DNA of 64,000 nt from positions 97,218,001-97,282,000 of the forward strand of contig NC_087472.1 of assembly GCF_036321535.1 (NCBI RefSeq). The letters run 5' to 3'. The position numbers and the translations under genes are program-made. The DNA comes from Camelus dromedarius. Taxonomy: Eukaryota. Positions 1-12,436 of this stretch are shown here, in pieces; the first letter of the stretch is position 1; each line of letters opens with the position of its first letter. The notes beneath the pieces are model-generated. The model was given only the letters and a program-made list of their open reading frames with translations, ran no database searches and was not told where the DNA came from.

Positions 1-1142
1 AAATGATACTCTTCCTGATGAAGACTTCATTGCCAAGTTGTCCCACAATCTGTCTAGATGTAAAAAAAAAACAAAACCCATATTTTAAGTCTAAATAAAT
101 GTATCTCCCTTAAAAAATCTTGCATATTCAGCACAACTCAGTGATTTACTGAATGCTTCTCCTGTACTCTCAAGTTTCATAACTACATTTATTTTTGGGG
201 AAATTAATTCCCATATGTTTCTAATTAATATATGCTTTACTACTCATCAGAATGTTTTGTATAGGCAACTGACTAGTGAAAAAGCTTTTTCAGCTTTTAT
301 CCTTACTTGGAAGAGGCAGAATTTGTCAGCAAGAAATAAAATTGAACACTAAATACTTTATTCGAATCATGAACTTAAATATTACAGATTTCCAACTCAT
401 TCTCAACTTGGGAAAATATGTTCTTTTACTCCTTGCTCATTTATGTCTTCCTTTTGCCTTTTTCCTCATTTTTAATTCACCATTATACTATTAAGAATTT
501 GAATGTGGGGTAGAACTCAGCACTGTTAGTGGCCTGATGTTGCCTTTGACTACACTGGTCTTGGCTAATGGGCTAATGTAATCACCAGAGACATCAAAAC
601 TTAAAGATGAAAGCTCATTTAGCCTAAGGAAGGCAAGTGGAGTTTGATGGTATTAAGCACAGAAAGAATTAGTATTTGTGTTTTGCGTTTCATGTAACCA
701 TGTCAGGAATTGACAGAGAGTCATGGGGCTATACTAACTAGACTGTGTGCTGGGAAAGTGTCAGCAGGAATGACGTCCTGGAATAATGCCTCCTGTGCAC
801 TGCCCCTGAAGTACTGATGCTATGTATCCACCTTACCCAGGGCTGGGACCATTGAGCCAAAGATGACAATAGCACATTGGTCATGGAGATTCTTGCAGAA
901 GGGACTTACACAAATTAGGGGGTGGAAGAAATGCTTTAGTGATACAGAAGTGTAGTTTTAAATAATTGCCTCGTAACACATCTCCAGCAGGAGTCACACT
1001 ATGCAGACCAGCAATTAAGGGTTTGAATGTTATAACATGTATTTAATAGTAGCCAGGACAAGTGACTGAAGGGACGATATTTGATTGAGATGTTGGTGGG
1101 ATTGAGATTTAGTGGTGGTGATGCTGGACATGAATAGCCCTT

Positions 1143-1470
1143 AGTTCAATTATTTATTTAAAAAATACAGCACCTACTGTGGACCAGACGATTATAGAGC
1201 CGTGATCATATGGAGCTTAAAGGTGCTAAAGCCATTATAATACAGTGAGGTGAGTGCAAGCTGCCGTGGGAACCCATGGAGGAGCACTTATTCTAACATT
1301 CAGTTCAGGGGGGAGTTTTCCCTTGGACATACATTGCAGGCAGAGTCTCAGAGGATGAGCAGGAGTGGTCTAGAAGGAGATAAGAATAGGGACGGGGAGG
1401 GGCATTCCAAGGAGGTTAGGGAAGAAAGCGTAAAGGCCTGGAAATGAGAGAGAACATGGCCCATCTGGAA
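1143..1470 (-). mobile_element. L2 LINE 3' fragment
   Basis: ttcaattatttattt...cagcacctactgtggaccag followed by purine-rich ggcattccaagg...aaaggcctggaaatgagagagaacatggc, the typical reverse-complement L2 3' region. Confidence 0.7.
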
Positions 1471-1890
1471 GATTTCAATATAATACTTGACTTTTGTACT
1501 CAGATGAAATTTACTTTAAAAAGGAGACTATAAATAAGATAGAGAAGAGATAAGCCATGAGTTTGGAGCAAAAACATAATTTGTTGGTTGTTTATAAAAA
1601 CCATAATAAATTTTTTTTTGCTACAATTATGCACACACAATTAAAGCCTCCACATAACAATTGCAGGCATACTCCTCAGAATGCATCCTGGTTATATTTT
1701 CTTGGTAGAACACTTCCTACTTTTCATTTCCTCATTTCACGGAACACAGGTATCTCTCAAGCCAATATTTTTTTCAGCAGTGTTTCTTATGGCAAAATTT
1801 CTATCTTGTCCTCCAAACTCAATATATTATTAACAAAAGGTGGACAGGAAAAATCTTGAGCTGCATTCCAAATTCATTAGGCATGCCACG

Positions 1891-2044
1891 TGCTTGACCT
1901 TGCCTGCACATTGGAATCATTTAATATGGATGCCTGGGACTCCACCTAGAGGTTGTGAGTCAGTTGTTCTGGGGTGTGACCTGGGCATTGGGATTTTTAC
2001 AAGCTCCCCAGGTTATTCTAATACACAGCTAAAGTCGGGTACCA
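1891..2044. mobile_element. MER5-family hAT-Charlie MITE
   Basis: ctgcacattggaatca...ctggggtgtgacctgggcattgggatttttacaagctccccaggttattctaat matches recalled MER5A/MER5A1 consensus. Confidence 0.75.
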
Positions 2045-3069
2045 AAAAAATTGGTGGAATGTCAGAATAATGTATAGAAGTTTGGAAACAAACACTGACA
2101 TGTTTAGAAACAAGATGTGCTTGCTTTGTGTTGGCTGTGCTGAGAGGTCAGTGTTACTTCAAAGAAGCTCTGTGTCAACAACTACATGAATTGGTGATCA
2201 TAAGACAAGGAGCTGATAAGCACTGTACATCCTAACTATCATTTATGTGCATGCTTTTTGCTGTATCTCAAGTATCCTTTAAGAAATTGGTTGGGGTTTT
2301 AGGTCAAAATGTAACATAGTACCTATTTTCTCATTTAAAATAATGAGAGCCCTAGAATGGCTAATGGGAAACTCAGGAATGGATTGCTGATGTTAAGAAG
2401 TAGATGCCTCTATTCCTTTAAGGTCACAAATGTTCCATTTGATTGCTTGACCTGTTCTATCCTGTCAGTGGAGGTAGTTAACGTATGTAGGGTACTCTTT
2501 AACTCCAGAGAAATGATGGGACTTGAGCAGGGGGTGTACCTGCCCAACAGAGAGCAGGGTTGCATGCTATGCGTGGTCTGCGCTGGGGGTAGCAGGCCCA
2601 ATTCCACTTGTAAAATGAAGAGCGTGACCAAGAGCAGCTCTGATTGTCAAAGTGCAGAGGACTCCTGGGGGCCGGCTGGGATGTGGTAGTGGGGTGGGTA
2701 TGGCTGTTCTTAATGCTTCTTGGAGTCTGTGCTATGGCATTTCTTCCTATAAGCACTGTAAGCACTCCAAGCAAAAGAAAACACAACAAGGTGAGCAAGA
2801 ATTGAGCCCTATTTCTTCATTCTAACCCAAAACTTACCACCACCTCCGGTTCTGCAAAATAGGCCTAGTTTCTTGTAAGCCTTTGCCATCCCCAGGGCTT
2901 TTTCGGATCTTATACTCTGCCCATCACTGACTTCTTCGTAAAAAAGCCCTGTTAGAGACTAATTTAATCTTGAAGGATTTCAAGTCCCTGATTAAAATGG
3001 AAATTCCCCCATCTTGAAAAACAAACAAAAAACCACTCTGTCTGCTTCCCCATTTGTTTGTAAGATGAG

Positions 3070-3470
3070 CCTGTGAGAGGTGAGATGGGGCAGGGAGGAA
3101 GCCAATGAAAAGGTATATTAATGAACCGCTATGGGAAACTTGGGCTCAGCTCCTCTGGGAGGCCTCTGAGAAATTCTGTGAAATGCACCTCAAAATTGTC
3201 TTACTGAGGGATGAGGAAGATGGGGTGTTTACCCACCACCTCCCATCCATCATTGGTGGAGGGGGCTTCTGGGGCATTAGTCCCTCATCATCTCTAGGCT
3301 GCCCCATGCATGGACCAGATGTATTGCTGAGGGTGGAAGATGGTGATCGGTGGAGAGATACAGGAAGCCGCTGAGTGTGTGGGAGCCTTCTGAGGGACCT
3401 GCAGGGAGGCTGATGAGACACGGGTGGGCGCTACTCTCATTGACTCTGCTCCACTCACCCAGCTCCATCA
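3070..3470 (-). mobile_element. LTR16-family ERVL LTR
   Basis: gggaggaagccaatg...tgagggatgaggaagatggggtgtttacccaccacctcccatccatcattgg is the hallmark LTR16 segment. Confidence 0.7.
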
Positions 3471-5795
3471 CAGGGGCCTGCTTTACTTACTTTATGCTTT
3501 GATCTCTTGTGTACATTTTTTTTAAATGAGTGTTCCAGGGCTTTAAAATTTTTTGAAAGACTACTTTTCCCCCAGGAATTTTGAAATTGGCACCTCTGAC
3601 ACGAAGTCAGAAAACTATGGCAGAGGCTAAATTTATTTTCTCAGGCCACCATTAGTCCAGAACATAGTTATTTTTGAAAGAAATGGATCAGCTTGATTTT
3701 AGTTGTTTTGAAAGCAGTAACAATAATCATGATTAATTACCAAGTGGTAAGTGTTTAGTATGATGCCCAGACTTTTTTCTTTCACAGATTTTTAGTCAAT
3801 AAATATAATTACAGAGACTAATAGTTCAGGTTTTGATTCCTCTATTACACTAAATGATCATGACATGGCTGATTATGGTAAAATTGTCAAATCAATGAAT
3901 TATAAAACTGTACATGGAAATGATTAACTGAGATGCTCGTCTAGGTTTTGTTAGATCATCATGAAGCATGAGGATTAACAGTTAGAGATTTGGTTTAGAA
4001 AGTTTGCAGAGGATTTCTGCTTAGAGATCAAATTGGTAGCATTGATGGTCTGTAAATTGCCTAAGCGTTTTTCCAATTCCTTCCATCTTCCCCCTGTCTT
4101 TTTTTCCTTATCCAATTAATAATTTTAACAAAGGTTTTGCAATTGACAGTAAATAATGGACTTGAGTAAGATCCCACCATGGCTCAAAAGAGAAAGGCTA
4201 AGAAAAAATATGTGGTGAACTCTTAATAGCTGGATTTCTCAGCTTTTCCTTCTGTTAGCTTCTAATTTACTCTCCAAAGTTTTGTTTGAAGTTGCCATTT
4301 GAAATCTAGAACAGAATAGCAAGGATGGATAATGCCTGAAATGACCAACTCTGGTAAGAAAGTCTTGCACAAGTTTCCTACCTCTTTTACATGAATGGTC
4401 ACCACCATCTGGTTCAAAACCGGAGCACACACGTTAAAGGGTGTATAAATGCACAGTGTATTCACTACATGCTCAAGTTGCCAAATTGCCTGTTATCTGC
4501 CATTGTTTTCCAACCAAAAAGGCCAAAAATAAGATAAAAGACAAAACAGAAGACTGATCATTCTGTTACAAGGGAAAGATTTCATTACAATTGGCTGATG
4601 TTTTCCCCATAAATATTTAAAGAATCTAATTCAGAAAGAGTACTTTAGAGACAGATGCTCTGAATATAATAAATTATGGATGTTTGGATACATTTTTTTT
4701 GCAATAATTTATATGAACAGTTGACCAGATGATTGCAGAGTTTTCCATTCTGGTTTTAAAAAATTGAGATAACTAGACCAACAGTCATTACAGTATGATC
4801 TAGGTTGTCTTTAAGGAGAGACTAGCTACATTATTTGTCCTATAGCTAGAGCTGTATGGTCAGTATGTTTATTAATATTTAAGAAATCAGCCAGATTTTA
4901 TTTAAAACATTGTCATCATGATTTAGTTTGAAATTTGGGGCTTCCCTTTATAGATTAGGAAGCGAAGGTGATTCTTATTACTATCCTGTTGGCCTTTCCT
5001 TGCAGGTTAGTCTTAGTGTCCAGATATTTATCTAGGGGTGAAATCATCATGGTCCTGGAGCACCACCCAAGAACAATGTGAGGGAAAATATTTCTTTAGC
5101 CTCTCCTGATTAGGGTCCCTCTCATGGATCCTTTTTGTAAGTACTTTCTGTTGGGCCAATTTAAATGTGAAAGACAAAATCTTTTTAAAGGAATGCTAAA
5201 AGAACACACACAAGGGTAAAAGAAAAATGTGATGAAAACCAAATACCAAAATCATTTACAAATCTACTACTTGTGTAGTAGCAAAAAATGTTTTGTTTTG
5301 TTTTGTTTTGAGTTTTTATTGCTCACAACGGCCAGCTGGGGTCTTAAGCAAGTGCCTTTGCAGGGCTGGGGTTCCTGATGAGATGTGCTTGGGGGATGGA
5401 GGTGACACTCTGAATGTTCTTAATCTGAGAGCCACCAGCAGAGTCCTTAGGGCACTGGACTTGAATCTGGTTCAGGCAGGCCCACCTGAATTCTCTGGTG
5501 TGTTGCCTCGGCCAGCTCATAGAGTTAACCCCTTGACACCAGGCTTCAACAGAGGGATTTCCCTTCCATTGCCACTTTGTTTTTTCAGCACTCAGCAGGC
5601 TAGTCAGTACTGATCAGGCCTTTTATCTCCCCATGGCTGTGCTAGAGGGGAACAGAGCACTAGATACAACCAGGGTGTTTGCAGAATCACATGGCCCTTC
5701 CTGCATCTGTCCCCCTGATGGGAAAAGGTTGAGAGATGAATGAGGAGGAAGCTGGAAACTAAGCGCTCTGGTCTGGATAGCTGCTGACAGACAGG

Positions 5796-5968
5796 TAGGT
5801 TTGTCCAATAAAGTGCAGGGTGACCAGGTAAATTTAAATTTCAGATAAACAACAAGTAATTGTTCCAAATATTGCATGGGACATACCTATGCTAAAAAGT
5901 ATTATTTATCTGAAATTCAAATTTAACCAGCCATCTTGTATTTTTCTGTGCTTAACATGACAACCCTG
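5796..5968. mobile_element. MER53 hAT-derived palindromic MITE with internal deletion
   Basis: taaatttaaatttcagataaac...attgcatgggacatacctatgctaaaaa...ttatctgaaattcaaatttaa...caaccctg; inverted-repeat arms directly visible. Confidence 0.85.
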
Positions 5969-6276
5969 TGCTGAGAAGATCTCTGTAGGAGCCTATGATC
6001 AACCGAGAGAATCTCTGTGAGCCTGCAGTAGCCAGCAGCTGGCTGAGGACCGGAGACAGAGCCCCACTGAAGCAGAAGAAGCAGTGACAGTCATAGCTGC
6101 CACTACAGTGAATGAAGTTTCTGGGGCTTCCTTTTTTTTCTGGCTCCCCTGAAGCCTCAGTGGACCCAGAAATTGACCATATGGATGGGGATTCAGAACC
6201 AGATTTGATTCAATTTAGAAAAGTAAAGGAATGTGGCATTCTTGCCCATATGTGTCATGGAACCAAATATCACTGA

Positions 6277-6429
6277 CTCAATTCCTTCCTGGATAAAATA
6301 GGAACAATAAACATTACCTACTTCATAGCTTGTCACAAGAACGAAATGAAATAATGTAGTTGAAACCATTAGCATAATGCCTGTCCCTTAATACTTATTA
6401 AGGGCTCAAATATGTCATCATCATCATCA
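6277..6429 (+). mobile_element. MIR SINE 3' half
   Basis: ataaaataggaacaata...acctacttcatagcttgtcacaagaacgaaatgaaataatgta...ttagcataatgcctg MIR core and tail. Confidence 0.7.
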
Positions 6430-6750
6430 GGGCGAAAGAAAGCTTAAGAGAAATTTCAGAATATCCTTAGAGCTCTCCTTAGAACAGCTGCTTTGAAATA
6501 AAATTATTGTATTGAGCAGTTTCCTTCCACAGCTTAGGTTTTTTTCTGAGTCTTTATTCTTGGCCCTTTCAGTCTTTGCCCTGTGCCCTGATAGATTAGA
6601 AATCTGCATACTTTCCTGCAAAGAGTAATACAACTTTGGCTCCAGTGTTAGACAAATGTAAGCCCCTTTAGTATTTCCTTTCAAAATATGGTGGTATCTG
6701 CCAAGAATCCAAAAGGAAAAAGTTTCTATGTAAGGCATTTGTAAATATTA

Positions 6751-6890
6751 CAGTTGACTTCTGAATAACCTAGGGGTTAGGGGTGCTGATACTCCACACA
6801 GTTGAAAATCCCCATATAACTTACAATTGGGCCCCTGCAGCCACGGTTCCCGCATTTGAGGGTTGAGTTATTGTTAAAGTCATCAACCGC
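6751..6890. mobile_element. Tigger2/MER8-type TcMar transposon terminal fragment
   Basis: TA then cagttgacttctgaataacctaggggttaggggtgctgat...acagttgaaaatccccatataactta resembles the Tigger2 TIR end; similar sequence at 40390-40445. Confidence 0.7.
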
Positions 6891-7101
6891 AGGGAGTTTG
6901 CTGTATGATGGTGTCTCAAATGTTGATTTGTACTGTAATTTAATATAATATTGAGAGCGATAATCACAGATACATTTTTGTTGTAAGACAATGAAAATAC
7001 ATTATTTAAATATTTGGGAAAAACTTAACTTTTAGCTAACTTTTTGGTCTCTCCATTGCTGTAAATCTTATTCTTGCTAACAAAACAGGAAGTAACCGAA
7101 G

Positions 7102-7200
7102 TTTAAAAATACTTTATTTTGAAGTAGTTTTAGATTTACAGAAGAGTTGTAAACTTACAGAAGATAGTACAGTGAGTTCCGTATACCATTCACTCACCTT
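7102..7200 (-). mobile_element. Old L1M (L1MC/MD-type) 3' end fragment
   Basis: tttattttgaagtagttttagatttacagaagagttg...gatagtacagtgagttccgtatacc. Confidence 0.65.
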
Positions 7201-8355
7201 GTGAAGTAGTTTTTACCCTTTAGTTATTCCTATTCCTAGAATTTCCGTGGGTGCTGATCACAATAACTTAGGCACACTCATGTCAAAGAGACTTCTTTAG
7301 AAGGAAACTCAAGAATGCCACCAGGCATATTTTCTACAAAACAATGGGACTCAAATCTTTTTTCCTTCCAACAAGCTATAGGAAGAAGAAGCAACAGTGT
7401 TTACTGTTGAAACTGATCAAAATCCAAGTGGTGCCCTTTGCCAGTAAAGAACCAGGGAAAATCTTCAGTGTGTTGACCATCTAGGATGGACCATTAGGCA
7501 TTGAAAAATCAGAATTGTCTGCTTAATACACTTAAGTTATTCCTCATTAAATACATTTTAAAAGAAAGGAGATTGGTAAAAAACAAAGGAGATGGGTAAT
7601 TATCAACTGACAAGTTAGCAAAACAACTGATAAAATTTGCTGAACTGCCCCTTAATTTTGTATCCTATCATGTGGGTGAGCCTAGATCATAATCACCAAG
7701 CAGCATCCTCCCTAGGCAAATGGAATCTAGCTCTCAGATTCAGCCCAGATAATTCTGAAACGGCTCAGGATGTCTAATGTGTGCACCAAGTACAGACCCG
7801 TTGACTTTTTTTGTCCCATCTGCCATTTTCTTCTTCCTCTCTCATTTATGGTAAACACTGAAAATGTCAAAAGCTATTGCTGACAAGGCTCACTGAAGGC
7901 TCTGCAGCTTCTGGTGCCCACAGAGAGGTCACACCCTTCTGGTTCTGTCAGGTGTCTGCCTCAAGGGTGGCCATGATAGTTGCCGAGGTGCTGTCATCTG
8001 TACTAAGGGCATTAGCCTCTGTTGCTGCTGAGATTAATGGCATCAAAACAGCTGACGGCTTGCCCTGCAGCTTTTTTTTTTTTTTTTTTGGTATTTCTCT
8101 CTTTTTACAAACGATCTTCATGCTAATGTGGGATGTGAGTAGAGGGGTGCAGGGCCAGGAAAGATAATTTGATTAAAAATACTCGTCTCTCTTCCTGTTG
8201 CTTTGAAACTCCTTAGCTCCTCTTAAAACATACTCCTCCCATATTCCCCCTTTGTTTTCAAACTCAAGTGAAATCTGAGCCATAGTTTCAAAGAAGCAGT
8301 TGTGTTGTCAAATTATCTTAGAGTTTCTCTGAATATATATTTTTCCCTATAGAGT

Positions 8356-8668
8356 AAGGGTCTCAAACTCAGATGACTATAGAAGCCACTTACTTAACTT
8401 GAATAAAATGAATCAGATGGAGACCGGGGCAAATTGGAGTGACCATGTCCTATCTCAAGGGGTCAGTAGTAGCTTTTCAGCTCCAGCTGATGGCTGCCAA
8501 GCATGATTGCTGGGGAAATGGTGCCAGATTTTCTAGAAATCTAGGCATTTATAATAAATCTGGTTTTTGAATGCCATCAACTAACTTAATGGTTTTAATG
8601 AGCACTGGGCAAATCAAACAAAGCTCATTTATTTGCTGCACTGTGCCCACAAGCCTCTTGTTTGCCTG
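8356..8668 (+). mobile_element. MER102-family hAT-Charlie element
   Basis: gggtctcaaactcagatgactatagaagcc...ggcaaattggag...tcagctccagctgatggctgcc...gtgccagat matches recalled MER102 consensus order. Confidence 0.7.
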
Positions 8669-8827
8669 CTTTGGTGCCTAAATGTTTCATGTCAGAGTGG
8701 AGAGACTAGAGGGTGATACCATATTGAGCCAAATGCTTCGGTCATCAGCATCATTAATTCCTTAAGTTTGCCGGATGCAAAGGGCATTACAACGACAAAA
8801 CAAACAAGCTTATAATCTTTATTAGAA

Positions 8828-9056
8828 AATAGTAATAATAGTTTTAGAGAACTTTAGGTGATAGACACTTTAAATACAGAATTGATAGTTCTTACAATAG
8901 TCCAGCCATGTTTATCCTCAGTTTATAGAGAAGGAAATAGAAGATCAGGGAATTGATTCAAATAACTTGCCTTGAGTGCAAACCACACATATCTAGGAAG
9001 TTATAGAGCCAGAATTAGAACCAGAGACCACTCACTTTCCACCACATCACACTGCC
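8828..9056 (-). mobile_element. MIR SINE
   Basis: ttatcctcagtttatagagaaggaaatag...aataacttgcc...agagccagaattagaacc...accacatcacactgcc. Confidence 0.65.
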
Positions 9057-10189
9057 CATGAGACTGGAACTCAAGCTAGTGCATAAAAAGTACAAGTTAG
9101 GAAGGAATCTCTTTTCAGTAATGACAAGTTATGAGAATTTAATATTAACTTGTAAGTATGTGTATCAAAAGAGAACTCTACAACCACAAACACCATGAGA
9201 CTCTTTTACCTTGGAGAGTTCTTCATTCCTGTAGAGCTCTTCATCTTCTTGGACTCTTCTTCCCCCTCCTTGTCCTTTTCCTCTTCGATCTGGCTTTTCA
9301 TTTTTGATACTTAGGATCCAGTTCTATTAATCAATTAATTACTTTGCAGGGAATCCTAGTCCCACATACTTATACTAACGTCATTTTTCCATTGTTTCTG
9401 GAAGAACATAAAAGTGACTTTGATATTTTGTCATGGTAGAATCTAATCTAATGGTGTCAAAGGACTGTTGAACTACTTGAAGAATTTACTGTACATTTTA
9501 TTTTACCATTAAGAAAGGGGAAAGATTCCAAAGAAAAAAGAATGCATTTTTATTTCTCTTTAAATTATGTTGAGGAATCAATATAGAAATGCTTTGTTAA
9601 GAATTCTGGCTTTAATTGAAAGGTTACAGTTTGAACTCTAGAGAAATGTTTGAATCTCTTTAAACTTGCTGCAGGAATCTAGGTATTGGGGATTTTGAAG
9701 GCACATTTCTAAGTGCAGCTTTCAAGTGCAAATGACCTTTCATTTCCCTTAGACAAAGGGAAAAATAAGAGTTTTGGTCTCACCAACTGGACAAGGAAAT
9801 GGGCAGGTTAACTTTCCAGCTGCCTTCCAGCTCAGAGTTTCTCTGAGACACATTTCCCTTTTCAAAATCTTGCCTACTTGCCTTTTGGTTTTGAATTTCA
9901 CAAGTGTTGGCTTTGGCAAATCTTACTTTCTTACACTGTTTCCTAAAATATTCCTTGTGGAAATTTATGTGGGCTTATTGTTGAACAACTCATAAAATTC
10001 TTAGAGTCTTCTGTAAAGGTGACCTGGGACAGTATACAAATTATTTTAAAAAAATATTTGAAAACTCTGTAAGGTAAAGATAACTGTGGGAGGCCAGCAT
10101 TTGACAGAATTGTAGATTTTGTTCATTCTTAGGCATGCCAGAGCACCCTGTGCTTTTTATAGTATTCATTACTTCCCATTACAGTTCTC

Positions 10190-10351
10190 TCTGTTTCTCC
10201 AAGTGGGGTCCATGGACCAGCAGCATCAGCATGTCACCTGGGAGCTTATTAGAAATGCAGTCTCAGGCACCACCCTAGACCTACTGAATCAGAACATACA
10301 TTTTAACAAGTTCCACAAGTTCAAGTACACATTAAAGTTTGAGAAGCTCTG
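10190..10351. mobile_element. MER5A hAT-Charlie MITE
   Basis: aagtggggtccatggaccagcagcatcagcat..cacctgggagcttattagaaatgcag...agacctactgaatcagaa...acattaaagtttgagaagctctg. Confidence 0.85.
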
Positions 10352-10382
10352 TTCTTTTTGTCTCACCCAGATGTCTTTTTCA

Positions 10383-10457
10383 TTCTTACATTTCCAGCAC
10401 TGAACACAGAGCCTAGTGGATAGTTGGAACTTTATAAATATTTATTGACTGGTGAAT
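10383..10457 (+). mobile_element. L2 3' terminus
   Basis: ccagcactgaacacagagcctag...ataaatatttattgactggtgaat. Confidence 0.55.
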
Positions 10458-10557
10458 TGGTTCTCAGTACTTAGAGATCTAGTCTAAAGCTTCATTTAGA
10501 ATTATTAAGAAGCCCAGGAGGTACAGTTAACTAAATATAGAAATTCATCTACTCATG

Positions 10558-10743
10558 GGACCCTCAGCCTTTGCTGTGTATCGTAAACCTCTGGGAGGAT
10601 TTTTTTTTTTTTAAGTACTGATACGTGGCTACTACCCACCTGTAGAAAAATTTTTTTTAAATTAGAATATGGTGTGCCCTAGGCAGTAGCGATTTAAATT
10701 TTCTCCAGGTGATTGAACGTACAGCTAAGGTTAAGAACTGTTG
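10558..10743. mobile_element. MER5-family MITE (degraded)
   Basis: ctcagcctttgctg...ctccaggtgattgaacgtacagctaaggttaagaactgttg. Confidence 0.6.
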
Positions 10744-10938
10744 CTCTAGAAATAATTTTCCAAAACGCTTTTTGAGTAATTGAATTACTAGGTCCCAGGA
10801 TAAGCAAAATGTTGAAACCACTCACAAGTATAAGCTTGAGTCTCTGTTGTTAGTACCTAATGAAACAGAGTATGGTGGTACTGGGGCTGAGTTTGTATGT
10901 CCAGACGATGTTGGAATATTTGGTATTTGTAGTAAGCA

Positions 10939-11071
10939 AATATGTTCTATATATTTTTTCTAACTTAGTAATATAGAGTAACTGTTAAAAGGCATAGATT
11001 TGATCAATATGTTCTATGCATCTTTTCTAACTTAGTCATATAGAGTAACTGTGGAAGGCATAGGTTTGATC
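10939..11071. repeat. Local tandem duplication, two copies of a 66-67 bp unit
   Basis: 10939-11005 aatatgttctatatattttttctaacttagtaatatagagtaactgttaaaaggcatagatttgatc vs 11006-11071 aatatgttctatgcatcttttctaacttagtcatatagagtaactgtggaaggcataggtttgatc; about 8 differences. Confidence 0.92.
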
Positions 11072-12019
11072 AAGAGTGTAAAGGGTGACACTGATGAATC
11101 TTGGGAGAAATTATAACTTTCTTAAGTATTTATGCTTCATCCAACTGGCTTGACTGTTTTATTCTGTTGGAAGAGAGATCATTACACAATTTATCAATTT
11201 ATAAGCTATTATGCATAAATAGAACAGTTCTGAACTGTACCTTTACCTTACAGAAGAGTACTGTACCTGATCAGCGTATTTCACATAGCCTTCCTTAATT
11301 GCCTTTTGGAGCTTTCTTCTTTGGGGTAACCAGAAGTCCTCTAGATTAGAAAACAATTTTGTTTGTGAATATCTCTTTTTTTCCTCCTTGGCTCATTCAT
11401 CTTGATGAGTATAGCCTTTCACTCAGATGCAGGCTTTTAGTGGGGAGAATGACATCATTTCAGATGATGGCAGTGTTAGCTTGTGGCTAATTTGGTTGAA
11501 CACATTAGAGATATGCTGAACAAGTTGAAGTACATTTCTCTGTTATTCTCTTACTCATGCTTAGCTCCTTGGAGGATTTTAAGCAAACCTGAAATCTTTA
11601 CTCAGTGGTTAAAGTTCCTGCAGAGGGCCTCGTGTTTCCCTCAGCATTTCAAAACTCATGAGAGTTGGAGATGACACTTAAGAGACTATTGAAGAGTCAA
11701 GATGTGATAACAGCGAGAGATGAGGGTCTCAGAGCTGATAGCATCATTTGTGTAGATGTAACATTTGCTTAGAGGTTCACCCTATAGTGATATTATATCC
11801 TAACATGCTATCTTGTGGGTGAATATTTCTTCTGCTCTTCTTTGAATACTGAATTAGGGTAAAAGAAAAATGATTATAACAAAGAGAACAAAATACAGTT
11901 GCAAGACATTTTTGTTCTGTGTCATCATTTAGGGGCCTTCCGTGTCATTCCTCTTCAGTCCCCTAAAACATAGTCCTCACCTGTATGATTGCTGGATTCT
12001 GGAACATCCATGTTACTGT

Positions 12020-12112
12020 TTGCAGGAAAGAAGAAAGAAAAGTAACTTGTGAGAACACAGCCACATTTACCTACAAGGGAGGCTGGGAAATGTGGACTCT
12101 ATTGTGGCAGTC
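12020..12112 (-). mobile_element. MLT1J/K-type MaLR LTR fragment
   Basis: acagccacatttacctacaagggaggctgggaaatgtgg motif. Confidence 0.5.
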
Positions 12113-12115
12113 ATC

Positions 12116-12118
<3 letters not shown>

Positions 12119-12170
<52 letters not shown>
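12119..12170. repeat. (GT)26 microsatellite
   Basis: Perfect GT dinucleotide run read directly. Confidence 0.97.
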
Positions 12171-12172
<2 letters not shown>

Positions 12173-12189
12173 CTAGCAGTGTAGAACAC

Positions 12190-12436
12190 GACTCCAAGTT
12201 TTGCCATCTAGGAGGCAAGAGAACAGGGGTATTTTTTTATCTGACTCCTGACAATCATGATTTGAGGGTTGTTCCTGGTGGGGTGCTAATTCCTTAGCAC
12301 TTCTGACTTGCTTTCTGCACATTAAAAGGGTGCACTTTGGAGGTCAGAAAAAGCCTTCAGGCAAAGAAATACAGATTTTGGCAGTTGGAACTGACAAGGG
12401 TGGGGTATATGGATGGGACTGACAACATCTGGTGCA
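12190..12436 (-). mobile_element. LTR16-family ERVL LTR fragment
   Basis: ggggtatttttttatctgactcctgac..tcatgatttgagggttgttcctgg...ctaattccttagcacttctg...gacaacatctggtgca; parallels the element at 3070-3470. Confidence 0.6.

Noticed and set aside
4310..4358. Donor-like CTG|gtaaga with an upstream AG
   Set aside because: Stops in all three frames and a poor pyrimidine tract.
9210..9323. Minus-strand 114-nt open segment (NWILSIKNEKPDRRGKGQGGGRRVQEDEELYRNEELSK) with an AAG|gtaaaa donor
   Set aside because: No polypyrimidine tract at the acceptor. Open frames are expected in purine-rich, T-poor low-complexity sequence. Peptide not recognised.
10939..11071. Tandem units as a CRISPR-like or satellite array
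   Set aside because: Only two contiguous copies, no spacers, mammalian context.
11985..12297. ORFs with CVCVCV repeats
   Set aside because: Translation artefact of the (GT)26 microsatellite and flanking LTR fragments.
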